DNA of 64,000 nt from Yuukianura sp. NJ FZ-2021 (taxonomy: Eukaryota): contig CM102290.1 in the NCBI GenBank assembly GCA_046563655.1, positions 8,866,001-8,930,000 of the forward strand, read 5' to 3'. The notes beneath the pieces were generated by a model. The model did not search any database. It had not been told where the DNA came from and saw nothing but the letters and a program-made list of their open reading frames with translations. The translations under genes and the position numbers were made by a program. Each line of letters starts with the position of its first letter. The stretch's first letter is position 1. Of this stretch, positions 61,792 to 64,000 are shown piece after piece.

Positions 61792-64000
61792 GTAAGTGAA
61801 AAATTTGCAGTATTGATTTCTTATACTTAAGCTTTATTATTTCGCTGACTGGATTCACACTAGAAGTGTACTTGTTTTGTATTCAAGTCCCAAACAACAA
61901 CATTGCGATAGGACAACTTAGGAGCAGCTTTAATATCGTGTCAATTCACTTATTCATTGCGTTCCTCTCGTTTTACAACTACATATGAATGCGCATGATC
62001 ATGTTGCGAACAAATCGTTGTAAAATTATTTGTTTCATTCCTGATCATGCTACTTTTTGTTGTGGTTTTGTTTTGTTCCATTCCACTGCTGAAATTGTAA
62101 AGCACAAAGTTAGAATCAATTTGCGTCTGGAGGTCTGAACGGGAAACACGTTTAACCCATGTAGATATTATTAACTTGAATTAGCTTAGCAAATTACAAA
62201 TCGTTTTAGCAATGGCGTGGGAAAAAGCGTAACGAGTCTCGGAAGTTTTCTAAACTAATAGTACAAACTTCCCTGTTCCTTAACTTTACTAATTGTTTTT
62301 AATCCCGGATGGAGTGGGTTTTATAACTGAAAATGACTTTGAAATTTCATTATGTGAGTATCGATGAAAAACAAAACTAGCGCCGGATTTGGCCTTAAAT
62401 TGAACTTTAGTGTATCAAATATTGTTTACGTGCTGCACTTAAATTTGTATAAAGGATCACTGTATCTGTGAGCCTATTATTACCATGATATCAACTTCAA
62501 ATCTACCATAAAAGTCAAGTGTAAAAATGTTGCGGCTCCACCGCAAGCATACAGAAATCTGTATCGGTTTGAGAACGAAGCGTGGCTTACGCAGCTCAAT
62601 GTTTCGTGCCTATAAAATACCTGTTGCTAGAAAGAGTTTCAAATCATCAAAAAATCTAAAAGCAACGTGCTTTATGGAATTGCCGGAATAGTTTTCATGT
62701 TATTGACACTTCAATCAAAAATATACCATGGACGATAATATTTTAAGAAAAGTGACAGGAAAATATGCAGATTATCGGCGTTAACGCTATTTTTGCTCCA
62801 TTTCTTTTTGAATCGCTTGTGTTTCACGTTTGAAGATTATGTATGTCATTGTTGTCCAGAGGCAAACTTAGAAAAAATTTGATTCTTTTGAGTTGAGATT
62901 TTTGATGTATGTACTGACTGTACACCCACTGTCATTTCATTACTCTATGTTCTCGCAATGTAGTAAATTGGCAGGAAATTCCAATTGCGGAAAGGGGCGT
63001 TGCGTTGTTATGTTATGTCGAAAAGTAATTTTCAGTTTTGCTAAAACCTCTGCTTAGTACGATTCAATCCAGATTATTTCGCAGTGCCAGTAATATGCTG
63101 CTCTTACATTGTTGTTTAAATATGTCAATTTCCAAAAATTGAGTTTTTTTTAAAGATGAGGCTTACTCAGCAGGTCAAGGTTGTTTATTCGCATTTTATC
63201 ATGGTTTCGTTTATATTTCAATGCATTCATCCTGGGTCGCAGTCTATGGCAAAAGATACGGCACAATCCATACTAGAAAATGGTGTAGAAATAATCCTGC
63301 TTTACTAAATTTTTTTTCGGAGGATTTTAAAAGTAATTTTTGGAATCTGGAATGCTTTAGTTTAGTTATAAATAAGGAAAAGCTAATAATGGGATGTTAG
63401 AGTTGAAATGTTGGTGAAAGGTGGCTTAAGTTGGTGGTCGTTGTGGATCTGTGAGTTGGCATTTGAGGGCTACCGGCGGTCAACTCGTGGAAGTGCGGTT
63501 TGTTGATGGAAAGTTTTTTCTTTTTGGAAGGAGGGAATTGGCAGTCTGTGAGCGAAGACTGGAAAGTATTTTGTGCCGTGTGGACATGGAGTGGGAACTT
63601 TCCGTATTGGCGTTTTGAGTTCCTCCGAATGAGTAGAAGGGGTTTTTGTGTAGTAAAAATCGATATGCGGCCTCTCTCATTCTACCCAACCTCTCTTCGT
63701 TTCTACCAAAAATGTGATGGTAGTCACACCGAAGAGGAGGATTCGGCTAGGGGAATAATGCTAGAAGACGACAGTGGAACCATATGAACTCTTCTTGTTA
63801 AGAAGGTAAAACAGAAGAGCAAAGACAAGGATCAAAATACTTGCTGTGTTCGTGGTTGCTTAGGCGCTGGCACCTTAGGAAACGCACTTATTTTTAAAGT
63901 TTTTCAATTTTTAGAAACAGCCTGGATAAGATATGTTGAATAGCCAAAAGGACTTCTTCTAAAGCGGAAATGTTTTTTTTTTTGCATAATGTTACTGGTT

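Noticed and set aside
63480..63810. ORFs near the window end as a Chip alternative exon
   Set aside because: No frame joins a start codon to the nearby donor without a stop, and no recognisable homology.

Overview
This is a eukaryotic, intron-containing, AT-rich window from a compact animal genome. It is almost certainly an arthropod (CLIP-domain serine protease homolog, loco-, shutdown- and Chip-like genes), but the species cannot be determined from sequence. The first 25 kb is gene-dense, with short GT-AG introns: Ran, PLPBP/PROSC, GOLGA7, RGS12/loco, FKBP6/shutdown, a filamin+NHL (LIN-41/TRIM71-like) gene, ITFG2, IMMP2L, an MPV17-like gene and a CLIP-SPH. Positions 26-55 kb hold an ARID5B-like gene with two large introns carrying MITEs and a Helentron/DINE-like element. 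RMND5 and the 5' part of Chip/LDB follow. The most unusual items are: (1) a GC-rich ~2 kb cassette encoding a LIN-41-type filamin-NHL protein without RING/B-box, with its own TATA promoter and a 31-bp tandem-repeat leader; (2) an ARID5B homolog with no recognisable ARID domain; (3) IMMP2L and ITFG2 only 89 nt apart and possibly sharing a first exon; (4) a Ran with a rewritten switch II. All homology calls come from recalled family motifs, not database searches, and exon boundaries were read by eye.
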